Positions 29,732 to 40,556 of a DNA stretch of 64,000 nt are shown piece by piece. The stretch comes from Candidatus Methanofilum arcanum (GTDB lineage Archaea; Halobacteriota; Methanomicrobia; Methanomicrobiales; Methanospirillaceae): NCBI GenBank assembly GCA_031285085.1, contig JAITWW010000093.1, positions 2,851 to 66,850 of the forward strand, written 5' to 3'. Below the pieces are notes generated by a model, which ran no database searches, was not told where the DNA came from, and saw nothing but the letters and a program-made list of their open reading frames with translations. Numbering within the stretch: position 1 is the first letter of the stretch; each line of letters begins with the position of its first letter. The translations under genes and the position numbers were made by a program.

Positions 29732-32479
29732 TTACAATGCACTTAAGATCTCACGCGCACGCTTGAGTGCTACATCAATAGATCCAATATCGGGTCCGCC
29801 TCCCTGCGCAAGTGTTGGTTTTCCTCCTCCTTTTCCACCAAGCACCTGTGCAACTTCACGCACTAACTCACCAGCCTTCACTTGCTCTACACATGATGCA
29901 ACAACAACATGTGCAGAATCACCTTTTGAGATGAGCACCGCAACCCCTCCTCTCTCTGCGACAGTTGTCGCGATCTTCGTCAGTTCAGAAGGTGGAACAT
30001 CAATCTGGCGAACCACTGCTGATATGGATCCTATCTGCTCTGGCACAAGATTCTGCATCTCAAGTTCACTTACATGACGTGATAAGCGTTCAATCTCTTT
30101 TCGTTGATCCTTCCACTCACCAAAGAACCTCCGTGCAGTTTCAGGGAGTACATCTGTTTGGACTGAAAAAGCATCCGATGCATCACGTACAATCTCTCTC
30201 AAGTGAGCTGCATGCTCTACTGCCGCGGTTCCTGCTGCAAATTCAATACGTTCAACTCCATCTTGCACATGTTCGATTCGAATGATGGTAATAAAGCCAA
30301 TATCTCCTGTTCGTTCGCAATGAGTTCCAGCACACGCTTCGATGTCCCCTGCAACCTGTACAACGCGAATCTGTGCGCCAGGGGGGACACCACCCTGATA
30401 CAATGAAAAACCATACTTCTGTTCAGCAGTTGTTCGTTCCTCCCAGCTGCTCAACGACAGTGAATTCTCCATAACCAAGCGATTCGCTTCGAGCTCTATC
30501 TGGGCTATTTCATCATCGGTAATATGCATATAATGCCGAATATCCAGTCGGGCACTCTTTTCCCCTTTCTGTGCACCAGCTTGATGAATATGCGCTCCAA
30601 GTACCTTTTGAGAAGCACGAAGCATAATATGCGTGGCAGTATGATGCCTCATCAGGCTTCTTCGTCTCTCTTCATCAATGAAGCCTTTGACAATATCTCC
30701 TGGTTGTAATTCGATTCGGTCATGACCTGCAAGAACATGCACAATCACATCTCCAGATTTTACTGTATCTTGCACTGTGTATTGAACACCGCGGGGACTT
30801 ACGATAACACCAGTGTCGCCAGGTTGCCCTCCACCATCTGGGTAAAAGAGTGTCTTATCGAGAACAAGATTTCCATCAAAAGAGTCAAGAACTGTCGCTT
30901 TAAACTCGAAATCTGTTGGTAATTCATAATATGTTCGCTTTGTTGCAGGTAAAATGGAGATACGCTCAAAGTACGTATCAAGAGGATCGCTCTCTGGTGC
31001 TTTCTGGTTTTCAGAATGCATATCTGCAATTCGTGAGTAGAAATCATCAGGAAGATCAACGACGGCACCTTCAGCATTGGCGAGATCCCGCACCATATCA
31101 GGTGGCAGCCCATGAGAGTCATACAAAGTAATAACCTCTTCCAGTGGAATCTTCTCTGACTTTGTTTTATATCCTTTTGCAATTCTCTGAACGGTTCGTG
31201 CTCCCCGTTCCATTGTTTTCTCATACTTCTCAATCTCGCGATCAATGATACTGGAAACAATGTCTGGACTTTGTTCAAATGAAGAGGTGCCAATGGTCTC
31301 CATTTGCGTTATGACAAGTTCTTCAAGCACAGAGTTAGCGATGCCAAGTTCGGCAAGCATGCGAAGGGCCCGTCGAAGCACCAGGCGTGCTAGGTAGCCA
31401 TCTTTTGCATTCGATGGAACGATACAATCTCCAAGCATATATGCAAGACAGCGAGTATGATCAACGGTTGCATACACAGACTCAACTGGTCTGATCATCT
31501 TATCTAGCTTATCCACCGGAATGCCAATCTGACGAGCTACCTCCTGACGAAGCTCAAAGATTTTTTGTCCTGAAATATCCATAAGCCCTGCAAATTTAGC
31601 ATTTTGACCCAAGATTGTGATAAATTCGCGATCATCAAGTCGGTCACCAAGGCCTGCAAGATCCATGACATGACTGACCATCTCCGGAAATACAGCATCG
31701 TAAATGGTTGGAGAGCCCTGTGATGCCCAAACAAATCGTTCAAGTCCATATCCTGTATCAACGATTTGCAGATCAATAGGGTAGTATGGAGTACCTTCGA
31801 GCATGATAGCTTCTTTGTCATTTTTCGTCTTTCCAAGACTCATAAACACAAGTGTTGCAACCTCAAGACCGCCAGTAAGCACCTCAACACTTGGGCCTGC
31901 ATTTCCCCCTCCAATCCAAGGGTGCTCTTTATATGTAACATCAAACATGTCAGCACCGATCGATTCAAGAAAGCCATCACAGAGAGCAACGGTTTGATCT
32001 TTCCAATAGATGTCATTATCTTCGCTGTTAAACGCATGATGCGCCATCATCTCAAATGTAGTGAGATGGCGTCCAGATCTCCCAACTGAGTCCAGATCAT
32101 TCAATCTGATGCAGGGCTGTGAGATGGTGAGGGGATTTGCTGGAGGTGGAACGGTTCCACTCGTAACATATGGTTGAAAATCCGCAATAGATGCAATTGT
32201 CAGATAGATGTCATCACGCCAGCGTGCAGCTACTGGATACCTGTCAATTCTCGTGTGTCCATGTTTCTCGAAAAAGGAAAGATATGCCTCACGCATCTCA
32301 TCAACGGTATGAGGATGAAAAATGGGGTTTCCAATAAATTGGTACGGAGAACAAGGGGCATCTCCACAGATCTCACGCTCTGGATCTCGCGTCCAAAATG
32401 AGGCACCGCATGCTGTACATGTCTTGCGTACAAGCCCTTCTGCTCGAAAATACTCAAGTTGATACTCCTTTTCCATCAT
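29732..32479 (-). CDS. alaS: alanyl-tRNA synthetase (archaeal type)
   Basis: It is 915 aa with a class II core, editing-domain motifs HHTATH and CAGTHC, and a C-terminal DHHA1-like GGKGGGKP. Confidence 0.95.
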   Translation of the reverse strand: MMEKEYQLEYFRAEGLVRKTCTACGASFWTRDPEREICGDAPCSPYQFIGNPIFHPHTVDEMREAYLSFFEKHGHTRIDRYPVAARWRDDIYLTIASIADFQPYVTSGTVPPPANPLTISQPCIRLNDLDSVGRSGRHLTTFEMMAHHAFNSEDNDIYWKDQTVALCDGFLESIGADMFDVTYKEHPWIGGGNAGPSVEVLTGGLEVATLVFMSLGKTKNDKEAIMLEGTPYYPIDLQIVDTGYGLERFVWASQGSPTIYDAVFPEMVSHVMDLAGLGDRLDDREFITILGQNAKFAGLMDISGQKIFELRQEVARQIGIPVDKLDKMIRPVESVYATVDHTRCLAYMLGDCIVPSNAKDGYLARLVLRRALRMLAELGIANSVLEELVITQMETIGTSSFEQSPDIVSSIIDREIEKYEKTMERGARTVQRIAKGYKTKSEKIPLEEVITLYDSHGLPPDMVRDLANAEGAVVDLPDDFYSRIADMHSENQKAPESDPLDTYFERISILPATKRTYYELPTDFEFKATVLDSFDGNLVLDKTLFYPDGGGQPGDTGVIVSPRGVQYTVQDTVKSGDVIVHVLAGHDRIELQPGDIVKGFIDEERRRSLMRHHTATHIMLRASQKVLGAHIHQAGAQKGEKSARLDIRHYMHITDDEIAQIELEANRLVMENSLSLSSWEERTTAEQKYGFSLYQGGVPPGAQIRVVQVAGDIEACAGTHCERTGDIGFITIIRIEHVQDGVERIEFAAGTAAVEHAAHLREIVRDASDAFSVQTDVLPETARRFFGEWKDQRKEIERLSRHVSELEMQNLVPEQIGSISAVVRQIDVPPSELTKIATTVAERGGVAVLISKGDSAHVVVASCVEQVKAGELVREVAQVLGGKGGGKPTLAQGGGPDIGSIDVALKRAREILSAL

Positions 32480-32912
32480 GACTTATAGATCCTTGATACT
32501 TATTTGATTCTGCCTGTATATGAGGGTTTTAATGTAAAAATCATTATTCAGATGAAAGCAGACTCTATTTCACATCATTATTTTAATTTGTTATCGCAAC
32601 GCTAACACGAACCAATGTATCCATGCAGCACGTTTTGTTTATGTGCAACGACTCACATCGCTTCAATTCATTCTGAAACATATTCATCTTTCTCTGTCTC
32701 TGCCGAACAAAGGAAATTTTAGGGGAGAAAAACAGCTGTTTCAAAGTTATGCTTGATTGCCGCTTTGAACCTGAAAATCTCTCGTTTATCCTTCCTGCTG
32801 TTCAAAATTGATTTTTGTGTAACCTTTCAGTCTCGATCATCATACTCTTTGCATATGACGAGTACGATGAGAACAACATTTATGTTTTCAACAGATCAAA
32901 AGGAAAGTAGAG

Positions 32913-33872
32913 ATGTCACAGGAGCGACTTTTGCATAATGTCAGAAGTGTGATGATACTGGCTGGATATTCTGTATCAGAAGACTTCACCATGCGTCCAA
33001 AAAGCTTTGATATCGTGGCAAATAATGGAGAAGAAATCCTCGTAATTAAGGTTGTTTCTCACATTGATAGTATTAATGAAGAGATTACCCATGATCTTAG
33101 CATTATTGCAGAGCAGTTGCAGGGTTCCCCTCTTATCGTTGGTGAGCGAACCCGCGATTCAGATCTTGAACGAGGGGCTGTTTACGTGCGATATGGTATC
33201 TATGCAATATCATACCCAACACTCCATGACTATGTTGTAGATCATGCTCCTCCTCTCATCTTTGCCTCACCAGGGGGGTTATATGTCAATATTAGTGGTG
33301 AGCGCCTTCGCGAACTTCGCCAAGAGTATAGTCTTTCTCTTGGAGATCTTGCCCAAACCCTTGGTGTTTCTCGCCGTGCTGTTGCAAAATACGAATCTGG
33401 CATGGGAACAACTATTGAGATTGCAATAAAAATCGAAGAGATATTTGATCATGGGGTTATTGAATCGGTTGATCTTCTCGCATTCAACCCAGAACAGCAT
33501 TCACACCGCATTTCTCATTGTGAATCTGCAGCGCGCAAGCAAACACAGCAGCATGAGAAAGTGATCTCCTTCCATCAGTTTTTGAAAGAACTGGGCATGG
33601 AACTCTATGAAACAAGGCGAGCGCCATTTCAGGCGATGCTTAAGTATGATGGAAATACCATTCTTGCAGGGTACGGCACCGGTCAAAAAACAATGAAGCA
33701 CGCAGACATCATTGGCAATATATCATCAATTATTAATGGATATGGCCTGTGCGTGTTATCAGATAGCTGTCCGAAACGAAAAATCGGAAAAGTGCTTGTT
33801 ATGGATGAATCTTCACTCTACAAAATTGAGGAAGCTGATGAACTCATATCAATGATGAGCTGTCCTTCCTAA
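32913..33872 (+). CDS. archaeal XRE-type HTH transcriptional regulator with N- and C-terminal extra domains
   Basis: The central HTH_3 pattern is LRELRQEYSLSLGDLAQTLGVSRRAVAKYESG. Confidence 0.6.
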   Translation: MSQERLLHNVRSVMILAGYSVSEDFTMRPKSFDIVANNGEEILVIKVVSHIDSINEEITHDLSIIAEQLQGSPLIVGERTRDSDLERGAVYVRYGIYAISYPTLHDYVVDHAPPLIFASPGGLYVNISGERLRELRQEYSLSLGDLAQTLGVSRRAVAKYESGMGTTIEIAIKIEEIFDHGVIESVDLLAFNPEQHSHRISHCESAARKQTQQHEKVISFHQFLKELGMELYETRRAPFQAMLKYDGNTILAGYGTGQKTMKHADIIGNISSIINGYGLCVLSDSCPKRKIGKVLVMDESSLYKIEEADELISMMSCPS

Positions 33873-33986
33873 CCGCCTACATCTGCATGCCATATGCTAT
33901 GATATGGTTATGCGTTTCACTTCTCTTTTTTTCCTTTTTTTTGCTGACCCTTAAATACCCTTGCATGAAAAATAAGACATAGGAAC

Positions 33987-33995
33987 TTATATATA
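33987..33995 (+). promoter_or_regulatory. candidate TATA box of the thermosome gene
   Basis: TTATATATA is centred about 46 nt upstream of the ATG. A GGAG Shine-Dalgarno lies at 34025-34028, which is consistent with a leader of about 20 nt. Confidence 0.45.
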
Positions 33996-34036
33996 GAAGC
34001 CCTAAACAACATTAATGTCACACTGGAGATATTAAC

Positions 34037-35680
34037 ATGTCAATGCAATTAGGAGGACAGCCTATCCTCATTCTGAAGGAAGGAAGTTCACGAACTCGTG
34101 GACGCGATGCACAGAGTATGAATATTGCAGCTGCGAAGGCTGTTGCAAGTGCAGTTCGCACGACTCTGGGGCCGAAGGGTATGGATAAGATGCTGGTTGA
34201 CACCATTGGTGATGTTGTTATCACAAATGATGGTGTTACCATTCTCAAAGAGATGGACATTGAGCACCCTGCAGCCAAGATGATGGTTGAAGTCGCAAAG
34301 ACTCAGGATGATGAGGTCGGAGACGGTACAACATCTGCTGTGGTTGTTGCAGGCGAACTTTTGAAACGTTCAGAAGAACTTCTTGAACAGGATGTTCATC
34401 CCGCAATCATTGCCCAGGGATACCGCCAGGCAGCAGAAAAAGCGCAGGAGTTGTTACAAACTATCGCAATTGATGTCACTCCTGACGATTTTGAAACACT
34501 GCGTAAGATTGCTGACACTGCAATGACAGGTAAGGGTTCAGAGTCTGCAAAAGATAATCTTTGCGAACTTGTTGTCCGCGCAGTTACCATGGTCGCTGAG
34601 GATGATGGCACTGTTGACACAGAAAACATCAAGATCGAGAAAAAAGTTGGTGGTTCTATTGAAGATTCCACGATCGTTGAAGGAATGTTGATTGACAAGG
34701 AACGTGTTCATCCAGGCATGCCTGCAAAGGTTAGCAATGCAAAAATTATGCTCCTGAATGCAGCAGTTGAGTTCAAGAAAACCGAGGTTGATGCCGAGAT
34801 CAGTATCACAAGCCCAGACCAGCTCCAGGCATTTCTTGACGAAGAAGAGCGCATGATAAAGGCGATTGTTGAGAAGATCACCGCAACAGATGCAAATGTC
34901 TTGTTCTGTCAGAAGGGTATTGATGATATTGCACAGCATTATCTTGCAAAAGCAGGCATCATGGGCATTCGCCGTGTCAAAAAGAGTGACATGGAAAAGC
35001 TTGCACGTGCAACTGGAGCAACTATAGTATCAAGCATTGATGCAATTTCTGATACAGAACTTGGAGAAGCAGGAATTGTTGAAGAGCGCAAGCTCTCTGG
35101 GGAAGAGATGATCTTTGTTGAAGAGTGTAAGAATCCAAAGGCAGTGTCAATCATTGTACGCGGTGGCACAGAACATGTTGTTGCTGAACTTGATCGCGCC
35201 TTAGAAGATGCGCTTCGTGTTGTTGGTGTCGTGCTTGAAGATAAGAAATGCGTTGCTGGTGGCGGTGCTCCAGAGGTTGAGCTCTCACTGCGTCTGCGTG
35301 AATACGCTGCATCTGTTGGAGGACGTGCACAGCTTGCAATTGAGTCTTTTGCAAATGCACTTGAGATTATCCCACGAACCCTTGCAGAGAACGCAGGTCT
35401 TGATCCAATTGACATGCTTGTTGAGCTTCGCTCTGCTCATGAAGCAGGAAGGAAAACTGTTGGTCTCAATGTCTATGAAGGAAAGGCTGTTGACATGCGC
35501 GAAGCTGGTGTTGTAGAACCACTGCGTGTCAAAACCCAGGCAATTGCCAGTGCAGCTGAGGCAGCTGTCATGATCTTACGCATAGATGATATCATTGCCT
35601 CTGCAAAGTCTGCCGCACCAGATATGGGTATGGAAGGTATGCCCCCTGGTGGAATGGGCGGAATGCCAGGCATGATGTAG
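34037..35680 (+). CDS. ths: thermosome subunit (group II chaperonin)
   Basis: Motifs seen are [25 protein letters not shown] and VAGGGAPE, with a C-terminal [10 protein letters not shown] tail. Confidence 0.95.
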   Translation: MSMQLGGQPILILKEGSSRTRGRDAQSMNIAAAKAVASAVRTTLGPKGMDKMLVDTIGDVVITNDGVTILKEMDIEHPAAKMMVEVAKTQDDEVGDGTTSAVVVAGELLKRSEELLEQDVHPAIIAQGYRQAAEKAQELLQTIAIDVTPDDFETLRKIADTAMTGKGSESAKDNLCELVVRAVTMVAEDDGTVDTENIKIEKKVGGSIEDSTIVEGMLIDKERVHPGMPAKVSNAKIMLLNAAVEFKKTEVDAEISITSPDQLQAFLDEEERMIKAIVEKITATDANVLFCQKGIDDIAQHYLAKAGIMGIRRVKKSDMEKLARATGATIVSSIDAISDTELGEAGIVEERKLSGEEMIFVEECKNPKAVSIIVRGGTEHVVAELDRALEDALRVVGVVLEDKKCVAGGGAPEVELSLRLREYAASVGGRAQLAIESFANALEIIPRTLAENAGLDPIDMLVELRSAHEAGRKTVGLNVYEGKAVDMREAGVVEPLRVKTQAIASAAEAAVMILRIDDIIASAKSAAPDMGMEGMPPGGMGGMPGMM

Positions 35681-35704
35681 AGATAGAGTGGAAAAAACTT
35701 CTTA

Positions 35705-35710
35705 TTTTTT
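35705..35710 (+). terminator. oligo-T tract after the thermosome gene
   Basis: A TTTTTT run lies 25 nt past the stop. Archaeal termination commonly uses oligo-T. Confidence 0.3.
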
Positions 35711-35760
35711 ATCTTTCTAGCTTCTAAAAAAGTGACTGTTTTTAAAGATTTATTTATATA

Positions 35761-37251
35761 TTATTCTTGGTTGAGCTTGTCGATGTACGACTCATAATGA
35801 TGAATCTTGGCACTTACTGGAAATGGAATACCAAGGGTACTGATAATTGCCTCTCCTTGGCCAAGTGTCTGGATCTCGATCATCATCTTTGTCAGATCCT
35901 GTTTCGCACTTGTTGCCATGATCTGACGATCGTACTGATCAGAGAGGCCCATAATGACTGAGGTATTCATCTGAGCAAGGAGATGACGATCGATATTTTT
36001 TGGTTGTTGAGTTATGGCACACACACCCACACCAAATTTTCGGCCTTCCATAATAAGCTCACGAAAAATCTGAGCTCCCACTGAGTTTTCTCCAAGTACT
36101 CGTTGTGCCTCTTCAATCGCAATCAGTACCTGGCGTGTATCAGGTCCTTCTATCGCTCGCTTTTTGCATGCATCCATGATCGCACGAGTAATGACAGCAA
36201 CAATGAATAATTCTCCTTGTTCACTTATCTGAGGAATATCGATAAGCACAACTTTTTTTTGAAATAGTTTTTGTACAATGGCCTGCACAGATGATGTCTC
36301 TTCAGTCATAAAGAGCTGACACCGCTTTATTAGATCTTCAATATGACGTTGAATAACACGGAGAGCATCTGGCTTAAGGCTACGTAGACGATGCACAATT
36401 GCTGGGTGATTACCAAGATAGGCAGTTGTCTTCATTGATGAAGGGAGTGATTCCACATCTTCGTTCATAAAGAAATCAATAATGTCCTCTCCAGGATATG
36501 GAAGGAGAGAGAAAGTAACCTCTTGCTGAGCATGATTCAGAGGATACATCAGTTCAAGGTCTGTTGCCAAAAAATTATGATAAGAAAGACTCAATTTCTC
36601 TAATCTATTTCTGGCGATGATATCATCACTGCGCACAGAAAAAACCGAGAGATTTTCTCTTTTTTTCTTGTAGTGCAACAGTCCATAATGTACAGTTCCG
36701 TCTGCTTCCCGAAGACCTGTCACATATTCACCGTGTGAATCAATCAGCAAGAGGCCGAAGGGTTGATCCCGCATTACCGATGCAGCAAGTACCTTCATGA
36801 AGTTACTCTTCCCCATACCGGTTGTTGCAAAGATTCCCATATGTTGTGTCAATATCCTTGCATGAAGAGATATTGGAACTTCTTCGAGGAGGCCCATGCC
36901 CGAACGCATCTTTCCAATCTCAATCTCTCCCATAATTCGTGTCAAAAAGGTGAGATCATCTGTAGTTGGGTATCGGATGGCCGATCCTGTTGTTGGTGTT
37001 GTCCGTGGTGGATGAAAAATTGTTTTTTCATCAACAAATCCAAGAGGATATGCAGTAATTTTGATCGTACAGGGAGGAACAGGTGCACTTTCTTTTGCAG
37101 ATTCTATCTCGGTTACTTTTGCAAAGAAGCGCAAATTTCGAACATTATCATCAACGACAATAACATCCCCTGCATATATTGGAGATCCTGGGGGGACGTA
37201 AAAAAGGTATGAAACCAGCGAACCGGAGGCAAGAGTAAAGTGAGGAATCAT
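35761..37251 (-). CDS. HerA-like (DUF87/FtsK-HerA superfamily) ATPase
   Basis: It has Walker A GIFATTGMGKSN, Walker B VLIAIEEAQRVL and an N-terminal beta-barrel-like region. Confidence 0.7.
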   Translation of the reverse strand: MIPHFTLASGSLVSYLFYVPPGSPIYAGDVIVVDDNVRNLRFFAKVTEIESAKESAPVPPCTIKITAYPLGFVDEKTIFHPPRTTPTTGSAIRYPTTDDLTFLTRIMGEIEIGKMRSGMGLLEEVPISLHARILTQHMGIFATTGMGKSNFMKVLAASVMRDQPFGLLLIDSHGEYVTGLREADGTVHYGLLHYKKKRENLSVFSVRSDDIIARNRLEKLSLSYHNFLATDLELMYPLNHAQQEVTFSLLPYPGEDIIDFFMNEDVESLPSSMKTTAYLGNHPAIVHRLRSLKPDALRVIQRHIEDLIKRCQLFMTEETSSVQAIVQKLFQKKVVLIDIPQISEQGELFIVAVITRAIMDACKKRAIEGPDTRQVLIAIEEAQRVLGENSVGAQIFRELIMEGRKFGVGVCAITQQPKNIDRHLLAQMNTSVIMGLSDQYDRQIMATSAKQDLTKMMIEIQTLGQGEAIISTLGIPFPVSAKIHHYESYIDKLNQE

Positions 37252-37441
37252 AGAAGTGCATTTTTTCTCTCTATTTCCAGATATTTACGTGTTCGTAATG
37301 GAGTGGGTGTACAGAGATGTTCGCTGTAGTGATAGTTACATTTGGGTTAAAAATTAGGTAGACATGGAGAGGGTTTTTATAGTGTAATGCTTTCAAAATA
37401 GAAAAAGAGGTGGATGTAATGTTAGTTCTAATTTAGGACAT

Positions 37442-37981
37442 TCATGGGTTTAGTCTCGGGAACGTCTTTACTTTCTCTTCCATAGCATCTCCAACCATTC
37501 TTGCATCAATCTCTACTGGTTGACAACGATAAGCAGCGTTGGTAAACTGACCTACTATTTCTGTTCCTTCTCTTACCTTAAGTTCTTCTTCAGTATATGT
37601 TCCTATTGGGGCCGCCTTGTGTTGATACGCGTGCGTCATTTCATGGGCGATGGTGTTAATGGTCGTAAAGGCATCATTCATTAGATTAATATTTATATAT
37701 GTTGTATTTGAATTGTTATTATACGAACCCTTACAGTCAGCACAAAGGAAATGTGAATTTGAAGGATTTGCATACAGAATGAGAGGAGTCTCCCCAAGTA
37801 CCAGAACTTTGGCAAGATAGTCGGCGATGTCTTGTATGGCATATCTCCTCTCCTCTTCCTTCAATGTGTCCCATTTAGTTCTGAAAGAAAGCAGAACCGT
37901 ATTCAACTCAGCATCACACTCTGTTTTTTGCGTGTAATAACTAAGTCCGTTTTGTTGTGGAGTATTATGTGAATTTTTCAA
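37442..37981 (-). CDS. hypothetical protein with HExxH zinc-metallopeptidase motif
   Basis: The only recognisable motif is TIAHEMTHAYQH. It is 179 aa and has no signal peptide. It lies in AT-rich surroundings next to the IS remnant. Confidence 0.4.
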   Translation of the reverse strand: MKNSHNTPQQNGLSYYTQKTECDAELNTVLLSFRTKWDTLKEEERRYAIQDIADYLAKVLVLGETPLILYANPSNSHFLCADCKGSYNNNSNTTYININLMNDAFTTINTIAHEMTHAYQHKAAPIGTYTEEELKVREGTEIVGQFTNAAYRCQPVEIDARMVGDAMEEKVKTFPRLNP

Positions 37982-37996
37982 TTCCTTTCCTATAAA

Positions 37997-38518
37997 CTAG
38001 GAATCTCTCTCGACCACCTTTTTCGGAGGTCTCCCTCTCCTTTGTTTTGGCTTCTTTCGTGAAACATATTCTGGTGATCATCCCTCTGGTATTTTAAATC
38101 CAAATGCCTCGCAAATATCGACCTGTGCCCCTACAAACGGCGTTATTACCTTTGCCCTGTTTGTATGCTCTATTAATCGGATCGGTCTCATTTCATCAAG
38201 TATGTCCAAAGAAGTGGAAAACGAGTCAGAAAGTATTGTGTTTTTCCAGATATGGCGCACGTATGAACTTAAAATGAGAGAAACGAACATGCTGGAAAGT
38301 CTTTCTATCTTCCCTTCTTCAGAGCAGTTCCGTTGCCTGTTCTCCCCCATCTGGCTCTTCATTTGAGAAAAATACTTCTCCTGCTCGTCTCTGAGTTGGT
38401 ATGTCTGAAACGTTTTCATGGCATCGAAGTCCAATCCGTGAGTCATGATGGCAAAGAACCCTGAAAGTGTGCGTGCTTTCGCAACTTTTTTCTCATTCCG
38501 TTCAAATGACTTGATCAG
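37997..38518 (-). pseudogene. C-terminal remnant (about 170 codons) of an IS4/IS1634-type DDE transposase with an in-frame TGA
   Basis: An exact Y-x2-R-x3-E-x6-K signature is present (YQLRDEQEKYFSQMK). The frame is open from 38518 and is interrupted by a TGA at 38078-38080, where the other copy (1111-1425) has TGC. It then continues in frame as SPEYVSRKKPKQRRGRPPKK. The N-terminal DD part is missing. Confidence 0.6.
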
Positions 38519-38702
38519 CTAAAATTTTCTTTTTTTCAACCCTATCTGATAGGTTTCCAAAATACAGCATCGCAACTGTTCGAGATAGGGAAAATGCTGC
38601 AAACACTGCCCCTATCCAAAAACCCACTGCCCCAAGGTCACTTGCAAACACTGACAAGAATGGCACAACGATACCGATGCCGATGAGAGGTAAAGACGGC
38701 AA
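38502..38702 (-). pseudogene. internal fragment of an MFS transporter gene truncated at the IS remnant
   Basis: The sequence LPLIGIGIVVPFLSVFASDLGA...AFSLSRTVAMLYFGNLSDR matches MFS TM1-loop-TM2 and the G.LSDR motif. Homology stops where the transposase-frame sequence begins. Confidence 0.45.
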
Positions 38703-38973
38703 GAGATAGGATATAGAGTGCCCGTTTTCTTGCTTGTGGTGTGTTTAATGCCTTGCTTTTATACTGCCTTCTATCTTCTGTGTTGTAGTGGTTTTTTTGG
38801 AGGTATTTTCATTTTTTATTCTTTTTCTGAAATATATCATTTATGTAATATGGTAGATGTTAAAGAAAGAAAAAATGATTTGTTCGCAAACAGCCGTACA
38901 AATAAGAAAATTTTATATGTTTTGTTCACAAATATCTGAATGTTTCACATAGAGTAATAAAGAGGTATTTAGT

Positions 38974-40194
38974 ATGAAAGCAGAATCTTATAAAATTTCA
39001 GAAGGTGTGTACTGGGTTGGTTCTCTTGATTGGGATCTTCGAACATATCATGGATATACCCTCGATGGCACATCCTATAATGCGTACCTTGTGTTTGGGG
39101 CTGACAAAACAGTCCTCATTGATAATGTGTACCCTGGTCATGGTGCACAGATGTGGGGACGTATTGCCGATGCCTTCAAAAAGGAAGGAAAAGCTGAAAA
39201 AATAGATATCATCATTCAAAACCACGTAGAAAAAGATCATTCTGGTGTATTACCTGAAATTCATAAGAAATTTCCCAATGCACCAATCTACTGTACAGAG
39301 GTCTGTAAGGCAGGAATTGAACGCCATTATCCAAACATCACAGACGCTACCTATCATTTCGTGAAAACTGGAGAGGCTCTTGATATTGGTGGAAAAACAC
39401 TTGCATTTGTGCAGGCTCCGCTTCTTCACTGGCCAGATTCGATGTTTACCTTGTTCGTTGAAGAAGGCATTCTTTTCCCAAATGATGCATTTGGTCAGCA
39501 TCTATGCTTTGCACAGCGTCTTGACACAGAAATTCCAGAGTATATCCTTATGGATGCTGCACAGAAGTTTTATGCAAATCTCATTGTGCCACTTACTCGT
39601 CTGTTCTTGAAAAAGGCTGAGGAACTTACAGCCCTTGATCTGCTCTCGAAAGTGAAGATGATCTGTCCATCTCATGGTCAAATCTGGACGAAACCAGAGA
39701 CCATCATAAATGCATATGTTGGCTGGGCAACCGGTTCAGCAATGAAAAATAAGGTCACTATTATCTATGACACGATGCATGGATCAACAAAAATGCTTGC
39801 TCATGCACGTGCAGAAGGTGTCATAGCCGGTGGATGTGATGTTAAGGTCTATAATCTTCATGAAGATGAACGAAGCGAGATTGTAAAGAGCGTTCTTGAA
39901 TCTAAGGCAATTATGATGGGTGTTCCAACCATTAATGATTTTCCATATCCTTCGGTAGGGGATCTTATCTACTATCTGAGAGGTCTTCGATTTGATCGCT
40001 GTGGAGAACGGTATGCAATGACCTTTGGTTCCATGGGAGGCCGGGGTGGAGCTCCTAATACGGTTGCAAAAGAACTTGAACAGTGTGGATTCACTGTTTT
40101 GGGCTCTCAAGAAGTTTTGTTCGTTCCAAATGGTGATGAACTTGACGCTGCATTTGAAGCAGGTCTTGAGATGGCAAAGAAGATCACGTCCTAA
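38974..40194 (+). CDS. fprA: flavodiiron protein (F420H2 oxidase FprA-type)
   Basis: The metallo-beta-lactamase-like diiron site is [15 protein letters not shown]-terminal flavodoxin domain ([16 protein letters not shown]) follows. Confidence 0.8.
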   Translation: MKAESYKISEGVYWVGSLDWDLRTYHGYTLDGTSYNAYLVFGADKTVLIDNVYPGHGAQMWGRIADAFKKEGKAEKIDIIIQNHVEKDHSGVLPEIHKKFPNAPIYCTEVCKAGIERHYPNITDATYHFVKTGEALDIGGKTLAFVQAPLLHWPDSMFTLFVEEGILFPNDAFGQHLCFAQRLDTEIPEYILMDAAQKFYANLIVPLTRLFLKKAEELTALDLLSKVKMICPSHGQIWTKPETIINAYVGWATGSAMKNKVTIIYDTMHGSTKMLAHARAEGVIAGGCDVKVYNLHEDERSEIVKSVLESKAIMMGVPTINDFPYPSVGDLIYYLRGLRFDRCGERYAMTFGSMGGRGGAPNTVAKELEQCGFTVLGSQEVLFVPNGDELDAAFEAGLEMAKKITS

Positions 40195-40367
40195 GTCGTT
40201 ACACGTGACCCCCCTCAACTTTTTTTCATAGTTGGACAATTTCTACTCTCTCTCTTTTTCGCGCTTTGCATATTTACATTTTGAAAAAAGGAAAAATCAT
40301 CCCCCATTTCAGACAACAAGAAAAAAACGTGAAAATAGCGGCTCATTCACTGGGAGTTATTAGAAAG

Positions 40368-40376
40368 TTATAAATA
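40368..40376 (+). promoter_or_regulatory. candidate TATA box for the tRNA gene
   Basis: TTATAAATA ends 33 nt upstream of tRNA position 1. That spacing implies a short 5' leader. Confidence 0.35.
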
Positions 40377-40409
40377 GAACACTCATCAAACATTATATCT
40401 CACAATAGA

Positions 40410-40484
40410 AGCGAGGTGGGGTAGTTAGGATATCCCGACGGGCTCATAACCCGTAGATCGATGGTTCAAATCCATTCCTCGCTA
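40410..40484 (+). tRNA. tRNA-Met (CAT), initiator-type
   Basis: Manual fold: the acceptor stem pairs AGCGAGG with CCTCGCT. The anticodon arm is CGGGC-TCATAAC-CCG region with three consecutive G:C pairs next to the loop. The T loop is TTCAAAT. The A1:U72 pair is typical of archaeal initiators. CCA is not encoded. Confidence 0.85.
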
Positions 40485-40556
40485 TTATTTTCTTGATTTT
40501 GCTTGCACTCTTTTAATTTTTGAACTTCTTCATTATAAATTATATTTAATTAAAAA

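Noticed and set aside
34939-35415. 158-aa antisense ORF inside the thermosome gene, together with similar long antisense ORFs inside alaS, smc, hel308 and the PKD genes
   Set aside because: These are shadow ORFs opposite strongly supported genes. Their translations are Ser/Ala/Arg-rich or otherwise biased and carry no motifs.
38718-38939. 73-aa plus-strand ORF upstream of fprA
   Set aside because: It lies in AT-rich promoter-like sequence and gives a Phe/Cys-rich hydrophobic translation. It has no ribosome-binding context.
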